Part shown: piece after piece, positions 39,171 through 49,390 of the stretch
Layout: every line of letters begins with the position of its first letter
How positions within the stretch are numbered: the stretch's first letter is position 1
Source: Terracidiphilus sp.
GTDB taxonomy: Bacteria; Acidobacteriota; Terriglobia; Terriglobales; Acidobacteriaceae
Assembly: GCA_035541975.1 (NCBI GenBank)
Contig: DATKMH010000040.1
Coordinates: forward strand, 211,940 to 275,939
Direction of reading: 5' to 3'
Length of the DNA stretch: 64,000 nt
Translations under genes and position numbers: made by a program
Notes under the pieces: generated by a model
Told to the model about the DNA's origin: nothing
The model's database searches: none
What the model saw: the letters and a program-made list of their open reading frames with translations, nothing else

Positions 39171-39919
39171 GCCGAAAGTCGTTTCCATTCCGTTCGACCG
39201 GCGGCGAGCTGAAAGACCTCGATCAACCCGGTTATTACCCCGGCTACAGCACTATGGGACAAAAGAAGAGCTGGGACGAGGCGACGCAGAAAGTTGTCAG
39301 CGGGCGCGTCGAAAAGATTCCGCCGATCCGCTTCTTTTCTCCGGAAGAAGCGGCGGTGCTGAGCGCTGTGATCGACAGACTGGTGCCCCAGGACGATCGG
39401 TCGGAGGCGCGGACAATTCCGATTCTGCCGGCGATCGACGAGCGGCTCTACAAAAATGAACTGAATGGGTTCCGCTACGAGGAGATGCCGCCGGATCGGG
39501 AAGCGTACAGGATCGGCATCAAGGCCATCGACGAAATGGCGCGCCAGCGTTACGACCAGCCGTTCACTGAGCTGACCGTGCATCGGCAGGAACTGATTCT
39601 GAAATCGCTGCACGATGGAGAGCCCAACCCGGAACATGAGACGTGGAAACGAATGCCGGTGCATCGATTCTGGGCGCTGCTGATGGAAGATTGCGTGACT
39701 GCGTATTATTCGCACCCATGGGCGTGGGATGAGATTGGATTTGGCGGGCCGGCCTATCCGCGCGGATACATGCGGCTGGAAAATGGGCTTCCGGAGCCGT
39801 GGGAGAAAGACGAACAGCGTTATGAATGGAACGCGCCGGTCGACGCAGTTTCTGTGCTCGACGAAGAAGGCGCACCGCCGGAACATGGATCGTTGCACGG
39901 CCATGGAGGGACCCACTGA
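39167..39919 (+). CDS. Gluconate-2-dehydrogenase subunit 3 family protein
   Basis: 'RFFSPEEA..L....DRLVP', 'AYYSHP', 'IGFGGP'; ATGA overlap with upstream gene. Confidence 0.85.
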   Translation: MSRKSFPFRSTGGELKDLDQPGYYPGYSTMGQKKSWDEATQKVVSGRVEKIPPIRFFSPEEAAVLSAVIDRLVPQDDRSEARTIPILPAIDERLYKNELNGFRYEEMPPDREAYRIGIKAIDEMARQRYDQPFTELTVHRQELILKSLHDGEPNPEHETWKRMPVHRFWALLMEDCVTAYYSHPWAWDEIGFGGPAYPRGYMRLENGLPEPWEKDEQRYEWNAPVDAVSVLDEEGAPPEHGSLHGHGGTH

Positions 39920-41613
39920 TGGCGCATCGACTGGGGCCCATGCAGACGCTCCCCGCGCAGACGCGTCAATTTCGTGAATCCGAAACCGTGGATTATTGCA
40001 TTGTGGGGGTGGGCAGTGCAGGAGGTGTGCTGGTGCAGCGGCTGGCGCGCGCGGGGTTTCGCGTTGTCGCGCTCGAGGCCGGTCCCTTCTGGGATACAGA
40101 GAAGGACTGGGTGAGCGACGAGAAGGGATCGCACGAATTGTATTGGAACGATTTGCGAATTACCGGCGGAACGCATCCGCTTGCTCTAGGCGCAAACAAC
40201 TCCGGAAAAGGCGTTGGTGGTGGATCGGTGCATTGGGCGGCATTTACGCCGCGCTTTCATCCTTCGGATTTTCGTGTGTACACAGAAGACGGCGTGGGCG
40301 CCGACTGGCCGATGTCGTATTGGGATTTGAAGCCTTACTACGAGCTGTTGGAGCGAGAGATTCCGGTTGCCGGGCCGGCGTGGTTTCCGTGGGGCGATCC
40401 GCACGGACATCCTTACGGGCCGCATCCGCTGGGCGGAGTTGGAGACGTGCTGGTGCGCGGATGCACGAAGCTGGGGATTCGATCGGTCGCGGGCGGCCCT
40501 GTGGCAATTCTTTCTGCGTCGCATGGAGACCGGCCGCATTGCATCTATCGCGGTTTCTGCCTGCAGGGATGCAAAGTGGGTGCTAAAGCGAGCACCTTGA
40601 TTACGCATGTGCCGGATGCAATTACGCACGGTGTCGAAATTCGCGCCCATGCGATGGTATCGCGCATCAGTGTGCGCGCGGACGGACGCGTGGATGGAGT
40701 GGAATATTTCGACCGCGACGGCAGGCAGCACTTCCAAAAATGCCGCGCCGTGATCGTTTCGGGGTATGCCATTGAAACTCCGCGGCTGCTGCTGAACTCG
40801 GCTTGCCCGAGTCATCCGCATGGGCTTGCGAATTCAAGCGGAACGCTGGGCAAATATCTGATGGCGCAGGCGGGCAACGTAATCGCGGGACGATTCGATG
40901 AACTGATTCGTCTTTACAAAGCGCCGCCGGCCCATGCGCTCTCAGAAGAGTTTTATGAGACCGATCCGAAGCGTGGATTTGCGCGAGGGTTCGCGGTGCA
41001 GACTGTGGGGCCGCTTCCCGTGGCTTTTGCGAAGCAGATGGTTGCGGCGATGGGCGCGTGGGGTTGGGGCCTGAGAAAAGTGATGATGGACTATAACCAT
41101 TGGGCGACCATCGGAGTGCTCGGCGAGATTCTGCCATGGGAAGACAATCGCGTGGAGCTCGCGGAGGAGAAAGATCAATATGGGCTGCGCGTGGCGAAGG
41201 TGACCTTCAACTTGCATGAAAACGATAAGAAGCTGATTGAGTTTGGGAAAAACAAGGTGCAAGAGATCATGTGGGCTGCGGGCGCGGAGAAGGTAGTGCA
41301 GGAGTCGCGATTTGCGCACCTGGTGGGCGCGGCGCGGATGGGAAAAGATCTGGCAACATCGGTGGTTGACAAGTTTGGAAGGACGCACGACATTCCTAAT
41401 CTCTTTATTTGCGATGGAAGCATTTTGCCGACTCAAGGCTCGGCGAATCCCGGCTTGACGATCCAGGCGCTGGCAGCGCGCACGGCGGATTATTTGATCG
41501 GACAGGGCGATGCGATCTTCTATTCGAACCAGCGCCACCAGAGCGAGCCCAGAATCCGCTACGATCTAAGTCCGCCGTATACGCGATTCAAGGGAAACCC
41601 GCGAATTGCTTAG
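39919..41613 (+). CDS. GMC family flavoprotein oxidoreductase
   Basis: 'IVGVGSAG', 'GVGGGSVHW', 'CIYRGFCLQGC', 'H..G.ARMG', 'NPGLTIQALA'. Confidence 0.93.
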   Translation: MAHRLGPMQTLPAQTRQFRESETVDYCIVGVGSAGGVLVQRLARAGFRVVALEAGPFWDTEKDWVSDEKGSHELYWNDLRITGGTHPLALGANNSGKGVGGGSVHWAAFTPRFHPSDFRVYTEDGVGADWPMSYWDLKPYYELLEREIPVAGPAWFPWGDPHGHPYGPHPLGGVGDVLVRGCTKLGIRSVAGGPVAILSASHGDRPHCIYRGFCLQGCKVGAKASTLITHVPDAITHGVEIRAHAMVSRISVRADGRVDGVEYFDRDGRQHFQKCRAVIVSGYAIETPRLLLNSACPSHPHGLANSSGTLGKYLMAQAGNVIAGRFDELIRLYKAPPAHALSEEFYETDPKRGFARGFAVQTVGPLPVAFAKQMVAAMGAWGWGLRKVMMDYNHWATIGVLGEILPWEDNRVELAEEKDQYGLRVAKVTFNLHENDKKLIEFGKNKVQEIMWAAGAEKVVQESRFAHLVGAARMGKDLATSVVDKFGRTHDIPNLFICDGSILPTQGSANPGLTIQALAARTADYLIGQGDAIFYSNQRHQSEPRIRYDLSPPYTRFKGNPRIA

Positions 41614-42614
41614 CGATGCGCGAGTCTTCGAGCTAACAGAGTGGCGCCAAGGATGCCGCATCCGAACAGAAACCAGCCGCGATGCTTTGAGACTTCGGCT
41701 TCAAGACTGAAGGGCCGCGAGCTCTGGTCGAAAGGGCCATGAGCACCGAGAGAAGTGGGGACGGGCTGAAAGATATTGTTCGCGCGGTCAGGTGAGTCGG
41801 GAATATCGCGCTGCTGCGCTTTGTAACCGGTCTTTCCGAGATAGCGATCGAGCAATCCGGGGAAGATTCTTTGGCCAACGATTGCCTTGAGCGTGGAGCT
41901 GCCGACCCAGTATTCGCGATGCGGCGAGCGCGTGAGCGCCGCGTGCACAACGACTTTCGCTCCGACCTCAGGCTCGTAGATTGGCGGAACGGGCTGCGGA
42001 AGGTTGGGCATGCGGCTTTTTACCCAGGTGAATTGCGGAGTATTCATCGCTGGCATGTGCACCACGACTGCTTTCACGCGGCTTGCATCATGGATCAGCT
42101 CGCAGCGCAGTGAATCGGTAAATCCGACAATGGCATGCTTCGTGCCGCAATAGGCTGCCTGCAACGGAATGCTGCGGTATGCCAGAGCGGAGCCAACCTG
42201 GATGATGCGGCCGTGGTCCCGTGGGAGCATTCGCCGCAAAGCGGCGAGCGTGCCGTGGATGTAACCCAGGTAGTTGACCTCGGTGACGCGGCGGAATTCC
42301 GCGGCCTGCATCTCTTTGATTGGCGAAAACACTGATACCATCGCGTTGTTCACCCAAACGTCGATGGGGCCGAGACGCTCTTCGAAATATGTGGCAGCGG
42401 CTTCCACCGCCTGATCGTCACTGACGTCGGCGCCGTAGTTGGCCGCCGTCCCCCCATTCTGTTCGACTTCAGCGGAGGCTGCATCGAGGGCGGCGCGATC
42501 TCGCGCGATGAGGCCGACTCGTGCGCCAACCTTGCCAAATTCTGCCGCTATTGCGCGACCGAGGCCCGCGGAGGCGCCGGTAATGACGACTGTCAAGTTT
42601 TGTTCCACGCTCAT
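41610..42614 (-). CDS. SDR family oxidoreductase
   Basis: 'TGASAGLG', 'VNNA', 'YCGTK'. Confidence 0.93.
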   Translation of the reverse strand: MSVEQNLTVVITGASAGLGRAIAAEFGKVGARVGLIARDRAALDAASAEVEQNGGTAANYGADVSDDQAVEAAATYFEERLGPIDVWVNNAMVSVFSPIKEMQAAEFRRVTEVNYLGYIHGTLAALRRMLPRDHGRIIQVGSALAYRSIPLQAAYCGTKHAIVGFTDSLRCELIHDASRVKAVVVHMPAMNTPQFTWVKSRMPNLPQPVPPIYEPEVGAKVVVHAALTRSPHREYWVGSSTLKAIVGQRIFPGLLDRYLGKTGYKAQQRDIPDSPDRANNIFQPVPTSLGAHGPFDQSSRPFSLEAEVSKHRGWFLFGCGILGATLLARRLAHR

Positions 42615-42801
42615 TCCAAGTTGGATGCAAGACGGGCAAACAGCGGCAACCCGCTATGTGCGTCCCGAAAGAATGGCAGCCGCTGCGGTGCGATGTCAGC
42701 GACAGAAGTTTCCTCTCGCGATGAATCGTGCATCCGAGGCAGTAGCGCGGCGGCGGCAAGCTGGTTATGAAACCCTGCGCCGCGATATTCAGCGGTGATT
42801 C

Positions 42802-43563
42802 GTGGGTACTCCGTCAGAGAGCAAGGAACATGAGAGCCGCGGCCACGGTTCCGGGCCCAACCATGGCGACGTGCTGCTTTTGCTTCTCGCGGCCGCTGCC
42901 GGCTCGGCCGATGGTTGGAGTTACTTCGGGCTCGGACACGCTTTTGTCGCCAACATGACGGGCAATACCGTGCTGCTTGGTATCGCTGTGTTTTTGCACG
43001 GCGACTTGTTGCATCCAGGTATATCGCTCGCCTGTTATGCGGTGGGAGCCGCCCTTGCGGCATTCATCACGCGCAATGCTCGCGAGGGAGGGTCGTGGTC
43101 TCGTGCCGTGTGCAATGCGCTGGCGCTGGAATCGGTGCTTTTTATCGCGGCCGCAATTGGATGGGCTTTGGCGGGTCGAGGCCCGACACCTCCCGGATCG
43201 ACGCCGGTCTTGAACGCTCTGCTTGCAACAGTGGCTCTGGCAATTGGCATTCAAAGCGGCGCCATGCTGCAACTCAAGATTCCTGGAATTGTGACCACTT
43301 ACATCACCGGTACATGGACTCAGCTTGTCAGGGGGCTTACGCGCCTTTTGAGTCGCGAGCAGCGAAAGCTGAGCCAAAAGAAGGTGGAGTATGAAGAGCG
43401 CATGTTGATGCAAGCCAGTATTCTCGGCGCGTATTTGGTTTCGGCGGCGGCAACTGGGCTGCTCTTCCGCTACGCCAGGCCGGCCGTGGGAGCGTTGCCG
43501 GCGTTTTTGGTGTTGCTGGTTGCGGTATATGGGCGCGCACAGAGACCAACGGCCAAAATCTGA
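42802..43563 (+). CDS. YoaK/DUF1275 membrane protein
   Basis: 'FVANMTGNTV', 'GIQS', 'TTYITGT'. Confidence 0.88.
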   Translation: MGTPSESKEHESRGHGSGPNHGDVLLLLLAAAAGSADGWSYFGLGHAFVANMTGNTVLLGIAVFLHGDLLHPGISLACYAVGAALAAFITRNAREGGSWSRAVCNALALESVLFIAAAIGWALAGRGPTPPGSTPVLNALLATVALAIGIQSGAMLQLKIPGIVTTYITGTWTQLVRGLTRLLSREQRKLSQKKVEYEERMLMQASILGAYLVSAAATGLLFRYARPAVGALPAFLVLLVAVYGRAQRPTAKI

Positions 43564-43687
43564 TGTTGCGAGCAGCGGACACGTTCTTGATTTGGATCAG
43601 GCTGCTTTCAAGTTCAGCAAAGGCGCGTGCGGCACGGAAAGCGAACTTGCCCGCTGTTTTCTGCATCGGAGAGTGGAGGAGGGCGCG

Positions 43688-44119
43688 ATGCGCTCGAAGC
43701 AAGTTGCCGATGCTCCAAAGACATACGTGGTCATTCTCGATACCGGCGAGGAGATCCTGAAGTCTCTTGAGGAGTTCGCCAAAAGAGAAAAGCTGGCGGG
43801 GAGCAGTTTTAAAGCCATCGGCGCCTTAATGCACGCGGAACTTGGCTGGTTCAACTGGGAGACAAAGAAATACGAGACAGCGGTGAAGCTTGATGAGCAG
43901 GTCGAGCTGCTATCGCTGATTGGCGACGTCGCGCTGAAGGATGGCGAGCCCCAGATTCATGCACACCTGGTCGTCGGTCGCCGCGATGGGACAGCCCATG
44001 GCGGGCATTTACTGAAAGCAATTGTCCGGCCGACGTGCGAGCTTGTGATTACCGAGAATCCGCGGCATTTGGAAAAGCAGATCGATCCGGAATCGGCCAT
44101 TGCGCTCATTCGTATTTAA
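43688..44119 (+). CDS. PPC/DUF296 domain protein
   Basis: 'AIGA', 'ELLSLIG', 'HAH', 'GGHL'; SD GGAGG. Confidence 0.9.
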   Translation: MRSKQVADAPKTYVVILDTGEEILKSLEEFAKREKLAGSSFKAIGALMHAELGWFNWETKKYETAVKLDEQVELLSLIGDVALKDGEPQIHAHLVVGRRDGTAHGGHLLKAIVRPTCELVITENPRHLEKQIDPESAIALIRI

Positions 44120-44182
44120 AGAACGATTCGTCAGGCGGGATGGGAACTTCATCTCATAGAAATCTATTTAGGAGTTTTATCG

Positions 44183-45343
44183 ATGGGAATCAAAGAGCTG
44201 CTGGGAGTGGAAACCGAGCGCAAAGTTCGGTATGCGATTGTTGGTTTGGGCGACATTGCACAGGAAGACATGATGCCGGGCGTCGAGCATACAGGTAACT
44301 CTGAGATTACGGCGTTGGTCACCTCGGATGACATGAAGGCGAAGGAGTTGGGAGATAAGTATGGCATCAGCGCTCTTTTCAGTTACGAGCAGTTTGAAGA
44401 GGCGCTGCATTCCGAGACATTCGACGCGATCTATCTGGCCACTCCAAACTGGCGGCACGCCGAGTTCATTCTGCCCGCGCTGAAAGTCGGCATTCATGTG
44501 CTGGTGGAGAAGCCGCTTGAGGTGTCAACCGAGAAATGCCGGCAGATTCTGGATGCGGAGCATGCATCGGTGGCAAAGCTCATGGTCGCTTATCGGCTGC
44601 ACTTTGAGCCCGCAACGTTGGACACGATTGAAAAGATTCGATCGGGAATGCTAGGAGAGCTCATTCTCTTCGCATCCACGTTCAGCCAGCTTGTGGACCC
44701 GTCGAACCACCGCGCGCAAAACGGAGAGCTGGCTGGGCCGGTTTTCGATATGGGGCCGTATCCGGTGAATGCCGCGCGCTACGTTTTCGAAGATGAGCCG
44801 GTGGAAGTTGTTTCCGCGGTCGGAGTGAAACATCCCGAGTCGGGATTCAAGCAGGATTTCTTCGATACCGTTGCGGCAACACTTCGTTTTCCTGAGAACC
44901 GGCTTGCGCAGTTCAATCTCTCCTACTACGGAAACCCATCGAACTCGTTTGTTGTGGTGGGCACCGAGGGCACGTTGGAGATGAATCCCTCGTACACGTT
45001 CGGAAAAGGGCTTTGGCAAAAAGTCACCATTGGCGACAAATCTCAAGAGCAGTCATTCAAAAATACCGATCATTTTGGCGGAGAGATGAAATATTTTTCC
45101 GACTGCATTCTGAGCGGCGACCGTCCCGAACCCGACGGCGAAGAAGGTTACGCCGATGTGAGAGTGCTTGAGGGGATCGAGACGGCGCTCAAAACAGGGC
45201 AATCGGTTACGCTGCCGCCGTTCCATCGGTACCACCGCATCGCGACCGACGAGCAGAAGATGACGCTGGCCGCAGTGTCAACGCCGGAGCTTGTGCATGC
45301 CAGCAATCCGGGAAGAGGGAGCGAGAAAAAGCCGAAGAATTAA
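44183..45343 (+). CDS. Gfo/Idh/MocA oxidoreductase (glucose-fructose oxidoreductase-like)
   Basis: 'YAIVGLG', 'EKP', 'AYRLHFEP', 'DMGPY'. Confidence 0.9.
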   Translation: MGIKELLGVETERKVRYAIVGLGDIAQEDMMPGVEHTGNSEITALVTSDDMKAKELGDKYGISALFSYEQFEEALHSETFDAIYLATPNWRHAEFILPALKVGIHVLVEKPLEVSTEKCRQILDAEHASVAKLMVAYRLHFEPATLDTIEKIRSGMLGELILFASTFSQLVDPSNHRAQNGELAGPVFDMGPYPVNAARYVFEDEPVEVVSAVGVKHPESGFKQDFFDTVAATLRFPENRLAQFNLSYYGNPSNSFVVVGTEGTLEMNPSYTFGKGLWQKVTIGDKSQEQSFKNTDHFGGEMKYFSDCILSGDRPEPDGEEGYADVRVLEGIETALKTGQSVTLPPFHRYHRIATDEQKMTLAAVSTPELVHASNPGRGSEKKPKN

Positions 45344-45400
45344 GTGCTGGGCCTCGGTGCGGCGCGACCGACGCCTGCGCCGCATTTCGCTGCTGCCTGC

Positions 45401-46690
45401 TCAGGACTTTGACAGAAAATACGCATCGATGGCACGCATCAAGGCGACGCGATCGAGTTGCGGCGGCCGGTTTTCGTATTGAGCGGCCCACAAGACCTGG
45501 TTCACAAGATCCCGTGGATAGCACGCCCGCAGCTCCTGCTGCAGAGTATCGCGAATGACGACGATCAACTCACTGAGCAGGTCAGAGTCGGCTTCCAGAC
45601 CATGGTCACTGGCATAGCGGCTGAATATCTCGCAGAACTGCTCGTCGGAAATCGCGCCCAGTCTGATTTTCGTTTGGATCCTCCGCAGGAACGCGGGATC
45701 CATCACTTTGGCCGGATCGATGTTCGACGCGAATACGACCAGCATTTCAAAAGGGATCTCAATCTTCATTCCGCCAACCAAAGTCAGAAACTCGATCCCG
45801 CGATCAAGCGGAACAACCCAGCGATTCAGCAATTCATCGGGCGGAATCCGCTGCCGGCCGAAATCATCGATGATCAGGACCCCATTGTTGGCTTTCATCT
45901 GGGGTGGCCCGTCGTAGCATTTTGAAATCGGATTGAACTGCAGATCCAGCATTTCGATCGTCAACTCTCCACCGACAGTAACCGCAGGTCGATGGCAGCG
46001 CACCCAACGCTCGTCTCGATTCTCAGATTCCGGTTCCTCGATTCGCTTATGGATCGCCGGATCGAAGACAGTAATGATTTGGCCGTCGACCTCGAGCGCA
46101 TAGGGAATCCATATCCCATCCTTGGCAAGCACGCGCGACAAGGTTTCGGCGGCGGCGGTTTTGCCAACGCCTGGCGGACCATAAAGGAAGATTCCGGCCC
46201 CGGAGTTGATTGCGGTTCCGAATTGCGCCAAGGTCCTGGGGTCCATTACCAGGTGCGCAAAGGCCTGCTCGACATCCTCCTGTTGAACCTTCACATTGCG
46301 AACGCTCTGCTTCCGAACCTGCTGAACGTAGCTAGCCAGAGTGACAGGCGCAGCTCCCGCATAGTGGCTCTGGGCGAGCAATTCCAAGGCTCGCGCTCTG
46401 CCTTGAGACGTTATGGCAATTTCGGCCACGGTCCCGCTCATTCCCCTGACCTCTACCAGGAGTTTCGAGCGAAGCCGGCGAAACAGTTCCTCCGCTATTT
46501 CGTAGCCGAGCCGAATTCTTTGCGAGAGATCGAGAACCGAGAATGGACCTGAGAGATAAAGCGTCTTTAATGCGAGATCCTCGAGAAGCGATTCTCGTAC
46601 ACCGGCCTCCGAAATTGACCTGGGTTCTTTTTCTGGCCCGGCGACAGGCGCGGTTTTCAAAAAGACCTCTGTATGCACTGTGGTGTTCAT
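45401..46690 (-). CDS. AAA+ ATPase with N-terminal winged-helix-like segment
   Basis: Walker A GPPGVGKT, Walker B IIDD, 'AFLRRI'. Confidence 0.85.
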   Translation of the reverse strand: MNTTVHTEVFLKTAPVAGPEKEPRSISEAGVRESLLEDLALKTLYLSGPFSVLDLSQRIRLGYEIAEELFRRLRSKLLVEVRGMSGTVAEIAITSQGRARALELLAQSHYAGAAPVTLASYVQQVRKQSVRNVKVQQEDVEQAFAHLVMDPRTLAQFGTAINSGAGIFLYGPPGVGKTAAAETLSRVLAKDGIWIPYALEVDGQIITVFDPAIHKRIEEPESENRDERWVRCHRPAVTVGGELTIEMLDLQFNPISKCYDGPPQMKANNGVLIIDDFGRQRIPPDELLNRWVVPLDRGIEFLTLVGGMKIEIPFEMLVVFASNIDPAKVMDPAFLRRIQTKIRLGAISDEQFCEIFSRYASDHGLEADSDLLSELIVVIRDTLQQELRACYPRDLVNQVLWAAQYENRPPQLDRVALMRAIDAYFLSKS

Positions 46691-46990
46691 TTTGCCTTTC
46701 TGGATTCTTGCACACTTCGTGGTTCACAGCGGAGCGATGTGAATGTCCGTTTCCTTCTTATCCAACCTTCAGTTCAGTGGGTTCCGATTCACAGACCATT
46801 CTGCGATGAGTTCCACAAGCGATGGGCGCATGTCGAAATGTTAGCCCATTGATGTCAATGGTCGCACTACTGAATCGGTCCCATTGGGCGATGGGACGGG
46901 TGCGCGGCGAGGTTTGCGAACGGGCGCTACGCGATCCCCCATTGCTAACCGCGGCGCGTGACCGCGGGCAAGGCGCCCCCATCGTGGGGA

Positions 46991-49381
46991 TTATTCGCCG
47001 TAGGGAACCCAGATGTTTTTGACTTGCGTGGCGTGCTGCAGGAACCAGCGGCCCTCGGCCTGCGCGGGATTGAACCAGTCGTACTCGTGTCCGTCGTTGG
47101 TCCATACCTGCTTCATGTTGCCGATCGATGCTGCGCGCGCGAAGTCAGCTTCTTCATTTGAGCGGAAACACCAGATGGCCTCGATGCCATCGTGCTCGGC
47201 GAGGGTCTTTAGCAATTCATTCGGCCGGCCCGCGACAAGATTCACAACGCCGGCTGGCATGTCACTGGTGTCGAGCAACTGATAGAGATCGCCGATGATG
47301 AGCGGATAGCGGTCGGAAGGCACTGCGACGACAGTGTTGCCGACAGCGATTGCAGGCAGCACCAGTGAAAGCAGGCCGAGCAGCGGAGCTTCGCTGGGCG
47401 CGAGAATTCCGATGGCGCCGACAGCCTCGTTCATCGCGATGGCGATGTTGCGGCCAGGAGGATTGTGGACTAGGCCATCGTACTTGTCGGCCCAAGCGGC
47501 GTAGGTGAAAATGCGCTGGATGGAGAGATCGACTTCAACGGCGGCCTGATCTTCTCCGACCGTGCGCGCAAGTCGATGCGCGATCTCGTCGCGGCGCTGA
47601 ATCATGTTTTCGGCGAGAAAGTAGAGGATTTGCGCGCGATTGTGCGCGGAGGTTCTGGCCCAGCCGGCCGCGTTGCGTGCGGCTTCGACGGCATTGCGAA
47701 TGTCTTTGCGGTTCCCTAGCGGCGCTTCGCCGAGGAACTGGCCGTTCAGGCCTTGGACCTGGAATGAATAACCACTATCGGGACGCGCCTGCTTGCCGCC
47801 GATGTATTGCTTCACCGTGCGGTCGATAGGTCCGTCCGCCGGTGTGAAACCCTCCTCTTCGTCGGGCGCTTCTATCTTCGCGGCTTTCTCGGCAGCCGCA
47901 GGCAGTGAGTGCAGCCACTTCGGCGTGAGGTACTCGAGCATGCCCTCGCGTCCGCCTTCGCGGCCGTAGCCCGATTCGCGATAGCCGCCAAAACCGCAGG
48001 CCGCGTCGAACTGATTGGTGCAGTTGACCCAGACGACTCCAGCCTTGACCTGCGAGGCGAGATCGAGCGCGACATTGATGTTCTCGCTCCAGATGCTGGC
48101 GGCGAGGCCGTAGATAGTGTTGTTGGCGAGCTCAGCCGCTTCGGCGGGGGTGCGGAACGTCATGGCGACGAGGACGGGGCCGAAGATTTCTTCCTGGACG
48201 ACTGTCGATCCGGGATGCACGTCGGTGAGGAGCGTGGGCGGGAAGAAGCAGCCCTTCTCCGGTAGCGGATTGCTCGGCTGCCAGCAGCGTGCGCCTTCGG
48301 CCACGCCTGCATCGACCATTTTGCGGATGGATTCAAGCTGCACCGGCGACACGATGGCGCCGATGTCGATGGCTTTGTCGAGCGGCGGTCCGACGCGCAG
48401 AGATTCCATGCGCGCGCGGACTTTCGCGTAGAGCGTTTCAGCAACGCGCTCTTGCACCAGAAGGCGCGAGCCCGCGCAGCAGACCTGGCCCTGGTTGAAC
48501 CAGATGGCGTCGACGAGACCTTCGACCGCGGAGTCGAGATCGGCATCGTCGAAAACAACGAAGGGCGATTTGCCGCCGAGTTCGAGCGACAACTTTTTGA
48601 TCGAGTTGGCGGTGGCTTTGCGGATGGTGCGGCCAACCTCCGTCGATCCTGTGAATGCGACCTTGTCGATGCCGGGATGCTCGATGAGCGCCTGGCCGGT
48701 TTTCGCGTCGCAGGTGAGCACGTTGAGCACGCCGGGAGGCAGGCCGACTTCCATGGCGAGTTCGGCAAATGCGAGCGCGGTGAGCGGGGTATATTTGGCG
48801 GGCTTGATGACGACGGTGTTTCCGGCGGCCAGTGCCGGAGCTACTTTCCAAGCGAACATCAGCAGCGGAAAGTTCCACGGAATAATCTGGCCGACAACGC
48901 CGCACGCCTGATAGTTGGGAAATTCGGATTCAAGTAGCTGCGCCCAGCCGGCGTGATGGTAAAAGTGGCGCGCGACGAGGGGAATATCGATGTCGCGGCT
49001 CTCGCGGATGGGCTTGCCGTTGTCCATGGTTTCGAGAACGGCGAGGCGGCGGGAATGTTTTTGCACCTGGCGGGCGAGTGCGTAGAGATAGCGCGCGCGT
49101 TCGTGGCCGCTGAGGGCCTGCCAAGCGGGAAGAGCCTTGCGGGCTGCGGAGACGGCAGCTTCAACGTCGTCGGTGTTGCCCTTGGCGACTTCGGCGAGCG
49201 TTTCGCCGGTGGAAGGATCGCTGGTGGTCTGGTACTCGCCGCTCGCGGGCGCAACCCATGTGCCGCCGATGAATTCATTGAAGCGACGATGGTGCCGATC
49301 GAGCCACTGCGTCACTTCTTTGGGATCTTCCGGCGCGGCGCCGTACTCCATGGTGTAGAACTTTTCGGTGATGCTTCCCAT
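46991..49381 (-). CDS. Aldehyde dehydrogenase, extended ALDH16-like
   Basis: 'PWNFP', 'ELGGKSP', catalytic 'VCCAG', 'EEIFGP', second partial ALDH domain. Confidence 0.9.
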   Translation of the reverse strand: MGSITEKFYTMEYGAAPEDPKEVTQWLDRHHRRFNEFIGGTWVAPASGEYQTTSDPSTGETLAEVAKGNTDDVEAAVSAARKALPAWQALSGHERARYLYALARQVQKHSRRLAVLETMDNGKPIRESRDIDIPLVARHFYHHAGWAQLLESEFPNYQACGVVGQIIPWNFPLLMFAWKVAPALAAGNTVVIKPAKYTPLTALAFAELAMEVGLPPGVLNVLTCDAKTGQALIEHPGIDKVAFTGSTEVGRTIRKATANSIKKLSLELGGKSPFVVFDDADLDSAVEGLVDAIWFNQGQVCCAGSRLLVQERVAETLYAKVRARMESLRVGPPLDKAIDIGAIVSPVQLESIRKMVDAGVAEGARCWQPSNPLPEKGCFFPPTLLTDVHPGSTVVQEEIFGPVLVAMTFRTPAEAAELANNTIYGLAASIWSENINVALDLASQVKAGVVWVNCTNQFDAACGFGGYRESGYGREGGREGMLEYLTPKWLHSLPAAAEKAAKIEAPDEEEGFTPADGPIDRTVKQYIGGKQARPDSGYSFQVQGLNGQFLGEAPLGNRKDIRNAVEAARNAAGWARTSAHNRAQILYFLAENMIQRRDEIAHRLARTVGEDQAAVEVDLSIQRIFTYAAWADKYDGLVHNPPGRNIAIAMNEAVGAIGILAPSEAPLLGLLSLVLPAIAVGNTVVAVPSDRYPLIIGDLYQLLDTSDMPAGVVNLVAGRPNELLKTLAEHDGIEAIWCFRSNEEADFARAASIGNMKQVWTNDGHEYDWFNPAQAEGRWFLQHATQVKNIWVPYGE

Positions 49382-49390
49382 GTGGGTTCC

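Noticed and set aside
46851-46860. FNR box
   Set aside because: TTGA..TCAA spacing is too short for TTGAT-N4-ATCAA
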